A DNA stretch of 49,734 nucleotides from an uncultured Bacteroidota bacterium (GTDB lineage Bacteria; Bacteroidota; Bacteroidia; Bacteroidales; WCHB1-69), in NCBI GenBank assembly GCA_902770735.1, contig CACXUB010000010.1:1-49734 (forward strand), read 5' to 3'. A program made the translations under genes and the position numbers. Below, in pieces: positions 9,556-19,051 of this stretch (within the stretch, counting starts at the first letter, position 1; every line of letters starts with the position of its first letter). A model generated the notes under the pieces. The model saw only the letters and a program-made list of their open reading frames with translations, made no database searches and was not told the DNA's origin.

Positions 9556-11287
9556 TCCGGATGAATTCGTGGCCGTCGGTTGTTCTGAAATGCAGGAAAT
9601 AGTTTCCGGCCGGGAGGTCGCGGATATCTAATCGGAATGTCCCGGTCTGCAAGGGTGAATCATTATTCGCGCTTACGAGACGGCCGCGCAGGTCGTACAA
9701 AGCCATTTCCGTGATTTCCATCCCGCCGTCCACCTCTACGGTGACGAAATCCTTCGCGGGATTCGGGTAAACGCTTACGCGGTTTTCGTAGCTGTCAATG
9801 CCGACTCCTGTGGTCAATTGCACGTCCTGCACCAGTTTTTGGCCGTCCGCCACGGTGGTGACGATGGTTTTGGGCAGGTAACCCTCCGCCGAGTAGGTGA
9901 CGGCATATTGCCCGGCCTTGATGGGACGGTGGTAATCGCCATTGGGCAGGGAGGTCTCCACATAGGAGTGGTCGAGGTCGTGGTTGGCGATATAGACGAG
10001 CGCCTCCAGCGGTTCGCCGGTCAGCGAGTCGGTGACCGTGCCGTGGATGCCGTTGTCCGCTTCGGCGATGAAGTTCAGCAGCGCTTGTCTGATGTAGCCC
10101 CAGTAATTCGGTAAAGAGTTGGTGGACTGCACTTTATTGTCGCCGACCTCGATGGTGACGTGGCGCGTGCCGAGGTACCAGTTGTGGTAATCCTGCATGG
10201 AGCCGGTGATGACGTACCAGTCGCCGCCCTCCGTGACACCGTCGTTTTCCTCGTTCATGTAATTGGAGTTGTAATGCTGGCACGTGTCGGCGAATTGGTG
10301 GCCGACGAGTTCCCACCAGGCGGCGTCGGCGTGGCTGTGCTGCCAACTGGACCACGTGTCCCACGGATAGTTGAAGACCTCCGCGCCGCCGTGGAAGTTG
10401 GCGGCCAGGGTGAAGTCGTGCGCCTGCATGAACTGCATCATCGCCTGCACCTCGGGCTCGTCCTCGTTTTCCTTCGTCGGGTTCTGCCCCGCCTGCGGGA
10501 ACGAACGGTTCAGATCTACGCCGTGACGGTTCGAACGGATAGATACTGGCGAGGTGTTGATCTGGTTATCGGACGTGTAGTAGGTGCCGTCAGGATTGTG
10601 CAACGGACAGATCCAAATGTCGATGCTGTTGACCAAATCGGTAGCGTATGTATTTGAGTTGTAATTTGTTAGAAGATAGTCGATGAGCCGTAGCATCATA
10701 TAGTAGCCGAGCACTTCGTCACCGTGGATGGTGGAGGTGTAAAAGACGGACGGCTTGCCCTCGCGGTCGCTGAGGTTGTTGCTGATGTGCGCCACCAGGA
10801 TCTTGTGGTGATCGGGCGTGTCGTCCAGGATGGTGTCGATTTCGCACAGCTGCGGGTAGCGCGTGCGGAAGGTGTCCATCGCGGCGAGATAGGTGCTGTA
10901 GGTCGGGTAGCGGTTCCAACTGGCGGTCAGCTGCCCGTAGTTCTGCGCCATCTGCACGTAGGCACGGGTCTGCGGCACGGTCGTGAAGGGGATGTCCTTC
11001 GATAGGAAGTTGTCGAAGTCTTTGTACGACAGACAGATGCGCGTGTTGAACGTGTTGTTGCCGGTGCGCTGCACGCGGTCCACGGAAAATTCGTGTGACA
11101 GGGTGTTCAGCGTGGCGGCGTCCACCACGGTCTCGATGTAGGTCTCGGGATAGGTGAGCGTGGTGTTCTGCGCCGTGGCCGTGACGGCGATGAGGATGGC
11201 GAAGAGGGTGATGATCCCAACACGGCGCGCCGGGTTGACATGTTTCGGACTTATAGCCCTTTTGGAAAAACGGTTCATATAAATCAT
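9536..11287 (-). CDS. M14 zinc carboxypeptidase with carboxypeptidase-regulatory-like domain and T9SS C-terminal domain
   Basis: TIHGDE (HxxE), NPDG, NRHGVDLNRSFP, NFHGG, GSMQD; C-terminal VYPNPA...YDLRGR...GNYFL...KLAI type-A CTD. Confidence 0.9.
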   Translation of the reverse strand: MIYMNRFSKRAISPKHVNPARRVGIITLFAILIAVTATAQNTTLTYPETYIETVVDAATLNTLSHEFSVDRVQRTGNNTFNTRICLSYKDFDNFLSKDIPFTTVPQTRAYVQMAQNYGQLTASWNRYPTYSTYLAAMDTFRTRYPQLCEIDTILDDTPDHHKILVAHISNNLSDREGKPSVFYTSTIHGDEVLGYYMMLRLIDYLLTNYNSNTYATDLVNSIDIWICPLHNPDGTYYTSDNQINTSPVSIRSNRHGVDLNRSFPQAGQNPTKENEDEPEVQAMMQFMQAHDFTLAANFHGGAEVFNYPWDTWSSWQHSHADAAWWELVGHQFADTCQHYNSNYMNEENDGVTEGGDWYVITGSMQDYHNWYLGTRHVTIEVGDNKVQSTNSLPNYWGYIRQALLNFIAEADNGIHGTVTDSLTGEPLEALVYIANHDLDHSYVETSLPNGDYHRPIKAGQYAVTYSAEGYLPKTIVTTVADGQKLVQDVQLTTGVGIDSYENRVSVYPNPAKDFVTVEVDGGMEITEMALYDLRGRLVSANNDSPLQTGTFRLDIRDLPAGNYFLHFRTTDGHEFIRKLAIGY

Positions 11288-11324
11288 AATCTTTCGTAAT
11301 ATCTTAAACTCTAAACTCTAAACC

Positions 11325-13106
11325 CTAAACCTTTAACAGATATGCCTTGAGGTCCGCGGCTTTCTTCGGACCGATGACCTTGGCGAGGTCGGCTTCAGGG
11401 GCGGCTTTGATTTTCGCTATGGTTTTAAATTCTTTCAACAATCTGGTTTTGAGTACTTTACCGATCCCTGGCGCGTCGTCGAGGATGGAGGCGATGCTGG
11501 TCTTGCTGCGGCGTTTGCGGTGGTGGGTGATGCCGAAGCGGTGCACCTCGTCGCGCACGTGCTGCAGCAGCTTCTGTGCCTCGGAGCGTTTGTCGATATA
11601 GACGGGCACGTCGTCGCCCACCTTGTAGATGTCTTCCAACCGTTTGGCGATACCCACCATCATGAGCCGGTCTTCGATGTGGAGGGCGATGATGGCGTTC
11701 CAGGCGGCGTGGAGTTGTCCTTTGCCGCCGTCGATGACCACGAGGTCTGGCAGCGGTTTCTCCTCCTCTAACAGGCGATGGTAGCGGCGGTAGATGACCT
11801 CCTCCATGGAGGCGAAGTCATCGGCGCCGACCACGGTTTTGATGTTGAAGTGGCGGTATTCGCTTTTGGCGGGTTTCCCGTCGATGAAGCAGCTCATTGC
11901 GGCCACGGGTTCCTCACCCTGGGTGTTGGAGTTGTCGAAGCATTCGATGCGGCGCGGCAGCGTCTTCATGCCGAGGGCTTCCTGCAGCGCCTGCAGCACG
12001 CGGATGTTGCGCCGCTCGGGGTCGGCGAGATCCTGCCGTTTCTTCTTTTCTAGCATGTAGAAATGGGCGTTTCGCGTGGCCAACTCCAGCAGTTTGTGCT
12101 TGTCGCCGCGCTGCGGTACCTGCAGATCCCAGTCGTCGGGGGCGATTTCCGGCGTGAAAGGCACCAGCAGGGTGGGGGAGAGGCCGCCTAAACGCTCCCG
12201 AATTTCCAGGATGGCCGTCCAGAGCGCATCCTCGCGGGTGGTCTCCAGGCGGTTGTCGATTTCGAGGGTCTGCGCTTGCACCACCGCCCCGTCCAAAACC
12301 CGTAAAAAACTGACATATATGCAGTTGTCGTCTTCTTCCATCCCGAAAACATCCATATCGGTGAGCGACGGGTTCACGACCACCGACTTGACAATGAAGT
12401 TCTCTAAAGTGTCGATTTTGCGTTTCACCTCGGCGGCCTGCTCGAATTTCCATTCGTCGGCCAGGCCCATCATCTCCTCGCGCAGTTGCCGCAACACCTC
12501 CTTGCGGTTGCCCTTGAGGATCTGCATGGTCTTGTCAACGTTTTGTCGGTATTCCTCGGTGGTGATGAGATCGCAGCACGGGGCGGCGCACTTTTTGATT
12601 TGGTATTGTATGCAGGGACGGTCGTTGTGCTTCAGGATCTTGCAGTTGCGCAGCGGGAACATGTCGTGGATGAGGTCGAGCAGTATATTCATCTGTTTTA
12701 CAGAAGAATACGGCCCGAAGAGGTGCATGGAGGCGGGGTCGGGATGGCGCGTGGGGAAGACCCTCGCGAACGGTTCCCGCGTGACGGCGATCCACGGGTA
12801 GGACTTGTCGTCCTTGAGCATGATGTTGTATTTGGGCTTGAACTCCTTGATCATGCTGTTCTCCAACAGCAGCGCCTCCCATTCGGTATCGACCACCACG
12901 GTCTGGATGTCGCGGATTTTGGTCACCAGCATCCGCACCTTGGGGGAGTCGTGGTCCTTGTTGAAGTAGGAGGAGACCCGCCGTTTCAGCCGTTTGGCCT
13001 TGCCGACGTAGATCACCGTGCCGCTGTCGTCGTAGAAGCGGTACACGCCGGGCTTCTCCGGCAGTGACCGGAGGATCAGCATGATGTTGTCGGGGGTCTC
13101 TTTCAT
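11325..13106 (-). CDS. uvrC: Excinuclease ABC subunit C
   Basis: GIY-YIG PGVY...YVGKAK, LKDDKSYP, RIECFDNS, PDLVVIDGGKGQL, RDEVHRFG, HhH tail. Confidence 0.97.
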   Translation of the reverse strand: MKETPDNIMLILRSLPEKPGVYRFYDDSGTVIYVGKAKRLKRRVSSYFNKDHDSPKVRMLVTKIRDIQTVVVDTEWEALLLENSMIKEFKPKYNIMLKDDKSYPWIAVTREPFARVFPTRHPDPASMHLFGPYSSVKQMNILLDLIHDMFPLRNCKILKHNDRPCIQYQIKKCAAPCCDLITTEEYRQNVDKTMQILKGNRKEVLRQLREEMMGLADEWKFEQAAEVKRKIDTLENFIVKSVVVNPSLTDMDVFGMEEDDNCIYVSFLRVLDGAVVQAQTLEIDNRLETTREDALWTAILEIRERLGGLSPTLLVPFTPEIAPDDWDLQVPQRGDKHKLLELATRNAHFYMLEKKKRQDLADPERRNIRVLQALQEALGMKTLPRRIECFDNSNTQGEEPVAAMSCFIDGKPAKSEYRHFNIKTVVGADDFASMEEVIYRRYHRLLEEEKPLPDLVVIDGGKGQLHAAWNAIIALHIEDRLMMVGIAKRLEDIYKVGDDVPVYIDKRSEAQKLLQHVRDEVHRFGITHHRKRRSKTSIASILDDAPGIGKVLKTRLLKEFKTIAKIKAAPEADLAKVIGPKKAADLKAYLLKV

Positions 13107-13148
13107 TGTTTTGGCCGCGCTGCGAGGGGATGACGGATAGGATTCCCG

Positions 13149-13778
13149 TTATAGTTCGGGGTATTTCCGCCGCACGTTCTCGGCGAGGAACCGCGCCACC
13201 TGGTCGGTGGTGAAGCCCGACACGTTGATGACCATGTCGTAGTTGCGGGCATCGTAGCGGGAGGTGCCGGCAAAGGATTTCGTGTAGTTCTCGCGGGCCT
13301 TGTCGGCGCGTTCCATGATCTCGCGGGCGCCTTGCTCGTCCACGTTTTGCCGTTCCATCAGCCGTTTGACGCGGCATTCGGGGTCGGCGATGATGAGCAG
13401 CCGCATGGCGTCGGGGTTGTCCTTGAAAATGTGGAAGCCGGTGCGCCCCACGATGATGCAGGACTCCTGTGACGCGAGGTCTTTCAGGAGCTGTTCCTCC
13501 TCCTGGTAGAGTTGTTTCGAATCGACCTCGAAGGATTCGTAGGCGATGGCGGCCGTGGTGCCGAACTGCTTGTAGAAGCGGCAGAAGTCGGCCCACCAAC
13601 CCGGTTTCGTGGCCTTGATCTTTTCGACATCTTCCTCGGTGAGGTTGTATTTCTCGCGGATGGTTGCGAGGATCTCCTTGCCATAGACTTTCACGCCGAG
13701 CAGTTCGCCCAGTTTTTCGGCGATCTCCTTTCCGCCGGAGCCCGCCTCGCGGTTGATGGTGATGACGAATTTGGACAT
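13149..13778 (-). CDS. Cytidylate kinase-like family protein (paralog 2)
   Basis: ITINREAGSGG, SCIIVGR, DARNYD. Confidence 0.88.
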   Translation of the reverse strand: MSKFVITINREAGSGGKEIAEKLGELLGVKVYGKEILATIREKYNLTEEDVEKIKATKPGWWADFCRFYKQFGTTAAIAYESFEVDSKQLYQEEEQLLKDLASQESCIIVGRTGFHIFKDNPDAMRLLIIADPECRVKRLMERQNVDEQGAREIMERADKARENYTKSFAGTSRYDARNYDMVINVSGFTTDQVARFLAENVRRKYPEL

Positions 13779-13795
13779 TGTTAGGTTAAAGGGTT

Positions 13796-14428
13796 TTATA
13801 GGGTGTATTTCAGTCGGATGTTGTTGACGAGGAATTTCGCCACCTGGTCGGTGGTGAAGGGGGTGACGTTGATGACGAAGTCGTAGTTGCGGGCATCGTA
13901 ACGGGAGACGCCGGCGAAGGTTTTCGTGAAGTTCTCGCGGGCTTTGTCGAGTTCCTCGATCTTTTTGCGCGCTTCTTTTTCGTCAAGGTTGTTCTTTTTC
14001 ATCATGCGTTCCATCCGATGTTCCATATCGGCGATGAGGAATATCCGGATAGTGTCGGGGGTGTCTTTGAAGACATGGAAGCCGGTGCGGCCCACGATGA
14101 TGCAGGATTCTTGTTCGGCGAGGTCTCGCAGGGCTTTGGCCTCGGCGTGGTAGAGCTGCTGGGAGTTCACCTTGGAATTTTCGTCGGCGGTGGAGGCGGT
14201 GGCGCCGAACTGCTTGTAGAAGCGGCAGAATTCCGTCCACCAGTTGGGCTTTGAAGCTTTGATTTCCTCCGCTTCTTTTGGCGTGAGTTTGAACTTTTCC
14301 AAGATATGGGCGAGGAAGGTCTTGTCATAGAGCTTGATGTTGAGCATTTCGCTGACTTTCTCGGCGATTTCGTGCCCCCCGGTTCCCGCTTCGCGGTTAA
14401 TGGTGATGATGAATTTGGGCTTTTCCAT
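13796..14428 (-). CDS. Cytidylate kinase-like family protein (paralog 1)
   Basis: ITINREAGTGG, SCIIVGR, DARNYD; ATG 14428 preferred over the upstream TTG. Confidence 0.88.
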   Translation of the reverse strand: MEKPKFIITINREAGTGGHEIAEKVSEMLNIKLYDKTFLAHILEKFKLTPKEAEEIKASKPNWWTEFCRFYKQFGATASTADENSKVNSQQLYHAEAKALRDLAEQESCIIVGRTGFHVFKDTPDTIRIFLIADMEHRMERMMKKNNLDEKEARKKIEELDKARENFTKTFAGVSRYDARNYDFVINVTPFTTDQVAKFLVNNIRLKYTL

Positions 14429-14611
14429 ATTCAAGTTTAGGGTTTAAGGTTTAGAGTTCAGGGCGCAAAAATACAATTTTTTTGGTGTTTGAGAATATCC
14501 CATTATTGTGTATTTTTGCCGCCCGAAATAATCCATAAACGTTACTCCCAGTACCCCTATTAACCCACTAACCTTCTAACCCATTAACCTTCTAACCCAT
14601 TAACCATTATT

Positions 14612-15331
14612 ATGAACTACGGCAAGCTATACCTCATCCCCACTCCCATTGCGGAGGGTGCGTTTGAAACCTTTTTCCCGACGGTGAACGCGGATGCGAT
14701 CAACGAAACGGACTACTATATTGTGGAGGCGTTGCGGACGGCGCGGCGTTTCCTTCGGTATGCGGGCATCAAGAAGCCCATTGACGAATTGACCTTCTTC
14801 GAGCTGAACGAGCACACGCAGGGGGTGGAGATCAACGATTTCCTGCAACCTTGTCTGGAGGGCAAGAACGTGGGGGTGATGTCGGAGGCGGGGGTGCCGT
14901 GCGTGGCCGACCCCGGTCACAAGGCGGTGGAGAAGGCGCATCAGTTGGGCATCGAGGTGGTGCCGTTGATCGGTCCCAGCTCGCTGATCCTCGCGCTGAT
15001 GGGCAGCGGCATGAACGGACAGAGTTTCGTGTTCCACGGGTATCTGCCGTCGGAGCAGTACGACCGGGAGAAGCGGTTGAAGGAGTTGGAGGCGGTGGCG
15101 GTGAAGACGGGGCAGACGCAGATGTTCATCGAGACACCGTACCGCAACAACCGGATGACGGCCTCGATCTGCAACGTGCTGCAGCCGGCCACGCGGGTCT
15201 GCATCGCCGCGAACCTTACGGCCGAAAATGCGCTGTTGAGGACGCAATCGGTGTCGAAATGGCGGAAATATTTCGAGAAAGAGGAGAACCAGTTGGGGAA
15301 AGTGCCGTGTATATACCTAATTAACAGATAG
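14612..15331 (+). CDS. SAM-dependent methyltransferase, tetrapyrrole methylase / RsmI-like
   Basis: LYLIPTPI, SEAGVPCVADPG, GPSS, GYLP, FIETPYRN. Confidence 0.88.
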   Translation: MNYGKLYLIPTPIAEGAFETFFPTVNADAINETDYYIVEALRTARRFLRYAGIKKPIDELTFFELNEHTQGVEINDFLQPCLEGKNVGVMSEAGVPCVADPGHKAVEKAHQLGIEVVPLIGPSSLILALMGSGMNGQSFVFHGYLPSEQYDREKRLKELEAVAVKTGQTQMFIETPYRNNRMTASICNVLQPATRVCIAANLTAENALLRTQSVSKWRKYFEKEENQLGKVPCIYLINR

Positions 15332-15423
15332 ATAAAAATTTTCATCGAAAGTGTCGGGGATAAAGAAAAAAGTGTATTTTTGCGCCGTCATTTTCGGATG
15401 ACACGTTCATTGGAAAATGTGCT

Positions 15424-15506
15424 GCCATGGTGGTGGAATGGTAGACACGAGGGACTTAAAATCCCTTGCCCGCAAGGGCGTGTGGGTTCAAGTCCCACCC
15501 GTGGTA
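15424..15506 (+). tRNA. tRNA-Leu (TAA)
   Basis: GCCATGG/CCGTGGT acceptor stem, D-loop GGAATGGTAGAC, anticodon arm AGGGA-CTTAAAA-TCCCT, long variable arm, T-loop GTTCAAGTC. Confidence 0.96.
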
Positions 15507-15512
15507 CGACAA

Positions 15513-15585
<73 letters not shown>

Positions 15586-15595
15586 CTTCTTCAGC

Positions 15596-15625
15596 AAAAA
15601 GCCCAATCGAAAGGTTGGGCTTTTT
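15596..15625 (+). terminator. Rho-independent terminator after the tRNA pair
   Basis: AAAAAGCCCAATC-GAAA-GGTTGGGCTTTTT. Confidence 0.85.
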
Positions 15626-15685
15626 CATTTTAAATCGCTGAAAATCAAGAGCGTATTTTTCGGGCTTTCCAAATCGAATGGTATT

Positions 15686-15732
15686 TGCTACTCGCAGAAA
15701 AATCCCCTATTTTCCATTTTTCCCTATTTTTG
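15686..15732 (+). promoter_or_regulatory. Palindrome box 1 + -7 element (DUF2779 gene)
   Basis: TGCTACTCGCA (15686-15696), N28, TATTTTTG (15725-15732). Confidence 0.85.
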
Positions 15733-15765
15733 CCGCGTCATTTAATTCTTAATTCTTAATTCGTC

Positions 15766-17274
15766 ATGTCTGGTCTTTCAAAATCCAAATACACCAATTT
15801 CCGCAAGTGCCCGAAATGCCTTTGGCTGGGCACATATAAGCCGGAAGAACAAGTTGTTGACTCCTCCATGCAGGCACGATTCGATACCGGCACCAGCGTG
15901 GGCGAACTCGCCAAGGGGCTGTTCGGCCCCTACACTGATGTCACCACCAAGACGCCCGACGGGCGTCTCGACATCAAGGCGATGCAGGCCCGCACGCAGC
16001 AGTGTCTCCACGACGGCATCGACAACATCTGTGAGGCGGCATTCTCGTACCGAGGGTGCTACTGCGCGGTGGATGTCCTCCGCAAAACCGACGACGGATA
16101 CGCCATCTACGAGGTGAAAAGCAGCACCTCGGCTGACAAGGAGGTCTATGCGCAGGATGTGGCTTTCCAAAAATGGGTGCTCACCCAGTGCGGTATCACC
16201 GTCACGGGCACCTATCTCGTCTGCATCAACAACCAATATGTGCGGAATGGCGCGCTGGATATCCACCAACTGTTCAGCATCAATGACATTTCGGAGGCGG
16301 TGGCGGTGGAATACCCGCAGGTGGCTGCCAACTGCAAGGCAGCCAAAGCGGTGCTGGACAATCCTGCGGAACCGGCCGTGCCCATCGGACCGCATTGCCA
16401 CGAGCCCTATGGTTGTGGGTTTATGAGCTACTGTATGCGCCAATGTGGTATCCCCGACAATGAACCCACTGTTTTTGATCTTTACAGAGGATCGTTTGAC
16501 AAGCAACTGGAATATGTGCAAAACGGCATCGTCACATTTCCCGACATTGTCAAATCCGGCATCAAACTTACGTCTATGCAGAAAATGCAGGTGGACTGCA
16601 CGATACACGGCACCGCGCACATCGACAAAGTCGCATTGCGCGAATTCCTGAACACGTTGAGTTATCCGATATACCATCTGGACTTCGAGACGATGCAACC
16701 CATTGTCCCACCCTTCGATGACACACGTCCCTACCGGCAGATTCCGTTCCAGTACTCGCTGCACATTGAACACGCCGACGGCACGTTGGAGCACAGGGAG
16801 TTCTTGGGCAACAGTGTGGACGACCCGCGGCGGGCGCTGGCCGAACAGCTCTGCCGCGACATTCCTGCGGACGCCTGTGTGACCGCTTACAACAAGAAAT
16901 TCGAATGCGGCCGTCTCAGCGAGTTGGCGGATACCTTTCCGGATTTAAGTGCGCACCTGTTGAGCATCAGCAACCATATCATCGACCTGCTGACGCCGTT
17001 CCAGAAAGGATATTGTTACTATCCGGCGATGGGTGACGGGTTTTCCATCAAGGCGGTGTTGCCTGCCCTCTTTCCCAGTGACCCCGACTTGGACTATCAC
17101 AACCTGGATGGTTCGGTACACAACGGTGGCGAGGCGATGGACATCTACCCGCGCATCAAGGATATGCCGGCCGACGAGGCCGCCGCTGCCCGCGAGGCCC
17201 TGCTCCGCTACTGCGAACTCGACACCTTCGCGATGGTGAAGGTACTGTCGAAGCTGCGGGAGCTGGCGAAGTGA
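15766..17274 (+). CDS. DUF2779-domain protein (Cas4-like PD-(D/E)XK N-terminus + RNase H-like exonuclease)
   Basis: LSKSKY..CPKCLWL, VDVL...YEVKSST, C..PY.C.F...C cluster, LDFET, IPFQYSLH, YNKKFE, SIK.VLP, YCELDT. Confidence 0.88.
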   Translation: MSGLSKSKYTNFRKCPKCLWLGTYKPEEQVVDSSMQARFDTGTSVGELAKGLFGPYTDVTTKTPDGRLDIKAMQARTQQCLHDGIDNICEAAFSYRGCYCAVDVLRKTDDGYAIYEVKSSTSADKEVYAQDVAFQKWVLTQCGITVTGTYLVCINNQYVRNGALDIHQLFSINDISEAVAVEYPQVAANCKAAKAVLDNPAEPAVPIGPHCHEPYGCGFMSYCMRQCGIPDNEPTVFDLYRGSFDKQLEYVQNGIVTFPDIVKSGIKLTSMQKMQVDCTIHGTAHIDKVALREFLNTLSYPIYHLDFETMQPIVPPFDDTRPYRQIPFQYSLHIEHADGTLEHREFLGNSVDDPRRALAEQLCRDIPADACVTAYNKKFECGRLSELADTFPDLSAHLLSISNHIIDLLTPFQKGYCYYPAMGDGFSIKAVLPALFPSDPDLDYHNLDGSVHNGGEAMDIYPRIKDMPADEAAAAREALLRYCELDTFAMVKVLSKLRELAK

Positions 17275-17319
17275 CCTATGGTTTTCATGCCGTCCCATAG
17301 GGGATTGGGGTGCGTTATT

Positions 17320-17366
17320 TGCTACTAGCAAAAAACGCACCCCGATTTCATTTCTTCCTATTTTTG
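17320..17366 (+). promoter_or_regulatory. Palindrome box 2 + -7 element
   Basis: TGCTACTAGCA (17320-17330), N28, TATTTTTG (17359-17366). Confidence 0.85.
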
Positions 17367-17393
17367 CCGCGTCAAACCAATAAAATTGAAGAA

Positions 17394-17573
17394 ATGGAAA
17401 AGAACAATCTCAAAGAAGAGGAGTTGAACACGTATGAATGCGAAGTGTATCTTTCACACTGCGCCTGTATCACCAAGTATGTCAAGGCCAAAACACTTGA
17501 AGCCGCCATCGCCTATTTGGAGAAAAAGTACCCGGAGGCGACCTGCGTTATAGAAGCGGACCACTGGAGGTAG
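17394..17573 (+). CDS. Small hypothetical protein (59 aa)
   Basis: ATG 17394 in an A-rich context 27 bp after the -7 box; MEKNNLKEEELNTYECEVY... Confidence 0.6.
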   Translation: MEKNNLKEEELNTYECEVYLSHCACITKYVKAKTLEAAIAYLEKKYPEATCVIEADHWR

Positions 17574-18041
17574 TGGGAGCTCGCTCACTCAGCTGTGTGC
17601 CCTTGCGGGTAGGAGGTTCCGCTCAACGCTTACGCGTCTTGCGGAATGGTGTAGCGCGCTAGGGAAAGAAAAGGGAAAAGGCGGGCGGCGTTCGGACCAG
17701 ATCCGGCCACGGACTTATCTCCCTTAACCCCGTCCGGCGGCGCGCACCATTCCGTTTGGCCAGACTGAGGGTGCTACATTCGCGAAAGCAGTCCGTTAGG
17801 ACTGCGGGGGTTGGTAGCTGGGTAACGGAGACATTGTTGTTTCCCGCAGGCTGTCCCGGGTCGCGATGTTCGCGGCGCGGGGGAAAGTCCCGGGCGAGGG
17901 AATTGGGTGGTTCGCCGCGAAACGGGGAGAAGGTTCGGACGGGCGTGCGAGAGGGATTGAAGCCTGATGTCGCGTAGGAACCGATGTTTCTAACGTTGCC
18001 GTAAAAATCACTGACGCTTGGAAGCGTCGCCCACTAAGCTT

Positions 18042-18088
18042 TGCTACTAGCAAAATCACAGACGACCCCCATATTAATTGTATTTTTG
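18042..18088 (+). promoter_or_regulatory. Palindrome box 3 + -7 element
   Basis: TGCTACTAGCA (18042-18052), N28, TATTTTTG (18081-18088). Confidence 0.85.
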
Positions 18089-18183
18089 CGCCATCATATC
18101 TTCGGATGCTGTCTTATGGAGCCTCGCAGGGTCTGAAGGTGTGACGAGGAAGAGTGTAAACAGAGGTTCCCGATAGAAAAAAG

Positions 18184-18909
18184 ATGACTATTTTGCAAAA
18201 ACCAAATGCGACGGTAGGGCAGATCGTGAAAGACCTGGAACAGATTGTGGAGAAGAAGCTGGGCATCTTCCTGGAGTACAGTTACGACGGCGATGATATG
18301 TACGTGGAAGGCATCAAACTGCGCAAGGACATTGCCATATTGGAAACCACCGGCAAGAAGAAGCGCGCGGTCACGGCGGAAGACCTCCTGGCGATGTTTC
18401 GCTTGCTGGACGTATCACTCGGAGTAGTGATACAATATGATTGGGGGATGTTGAACTTTGAGCCATTCTAAGACGGTTCTATCTTCAAGTACGACGAGGA
18501 AGAGGATTTTTGCCAGTTTACGATGGACAGAGATGTGCGACTCCTCACCACGCAACAGATTGAGGCCGAATTGAAAAAGGTTGATAAGGAAGGATTCCTC
18601 GATTTCAAGGTGGTGCCTCAATTGTGGTACGGTAATAAGCTGACTGTATATCGTGCGAATTGTCTGTGGTATGACTATGGCAAACTCTTCCTGTGCCACG
18701 ATGAAGACAATGAATCGGACAGCATCACGGTAGGCGAGCTTTTGGAAAAATTTCCTGATTGTGCCGAGTTTATGGTACGGGTAAACGGGAAGTTCTATAC
18801 CGTCGAAGTGGATGAAAATGGACGCTTCTTCAGTTTTCCGAAGTTAGGGAATGAGACTCTTTTTGCCATCCACCTTGGCGAGATGGTGTTTGACCCGAAT
18901 GAGATGTAG
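18184..18909 (+). pseudogene. Hypothetical protein split by one in-frame TAA (18469-18471)
   Basis: ORFs 18184-18471 and 18523-18909 are in the same frame and joined by 17 sense codons (DGSIFKYDEEEDFCQFT). Confidence 0.65.
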
Positions 18910-19051
18910 TGAAATGGAATGACAATAAAAAAACGAAGCGACGAAAGGGCAGGATATTGAAACAAAAAATAATCATTATGGATAATAAAATTCACAAGTA
19001 CGAATTGTACACGGCAGACACCACGAATATCTGCGTAAAGTCCCGGGTTAT

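Noticed and set aside
17756-18059. ORFs 17756-17977 (+) and 17796-18059 (-)
   Set aside because: No promoter or initiation context and atypical composition; the region is better explained as structured non-coding DNA.
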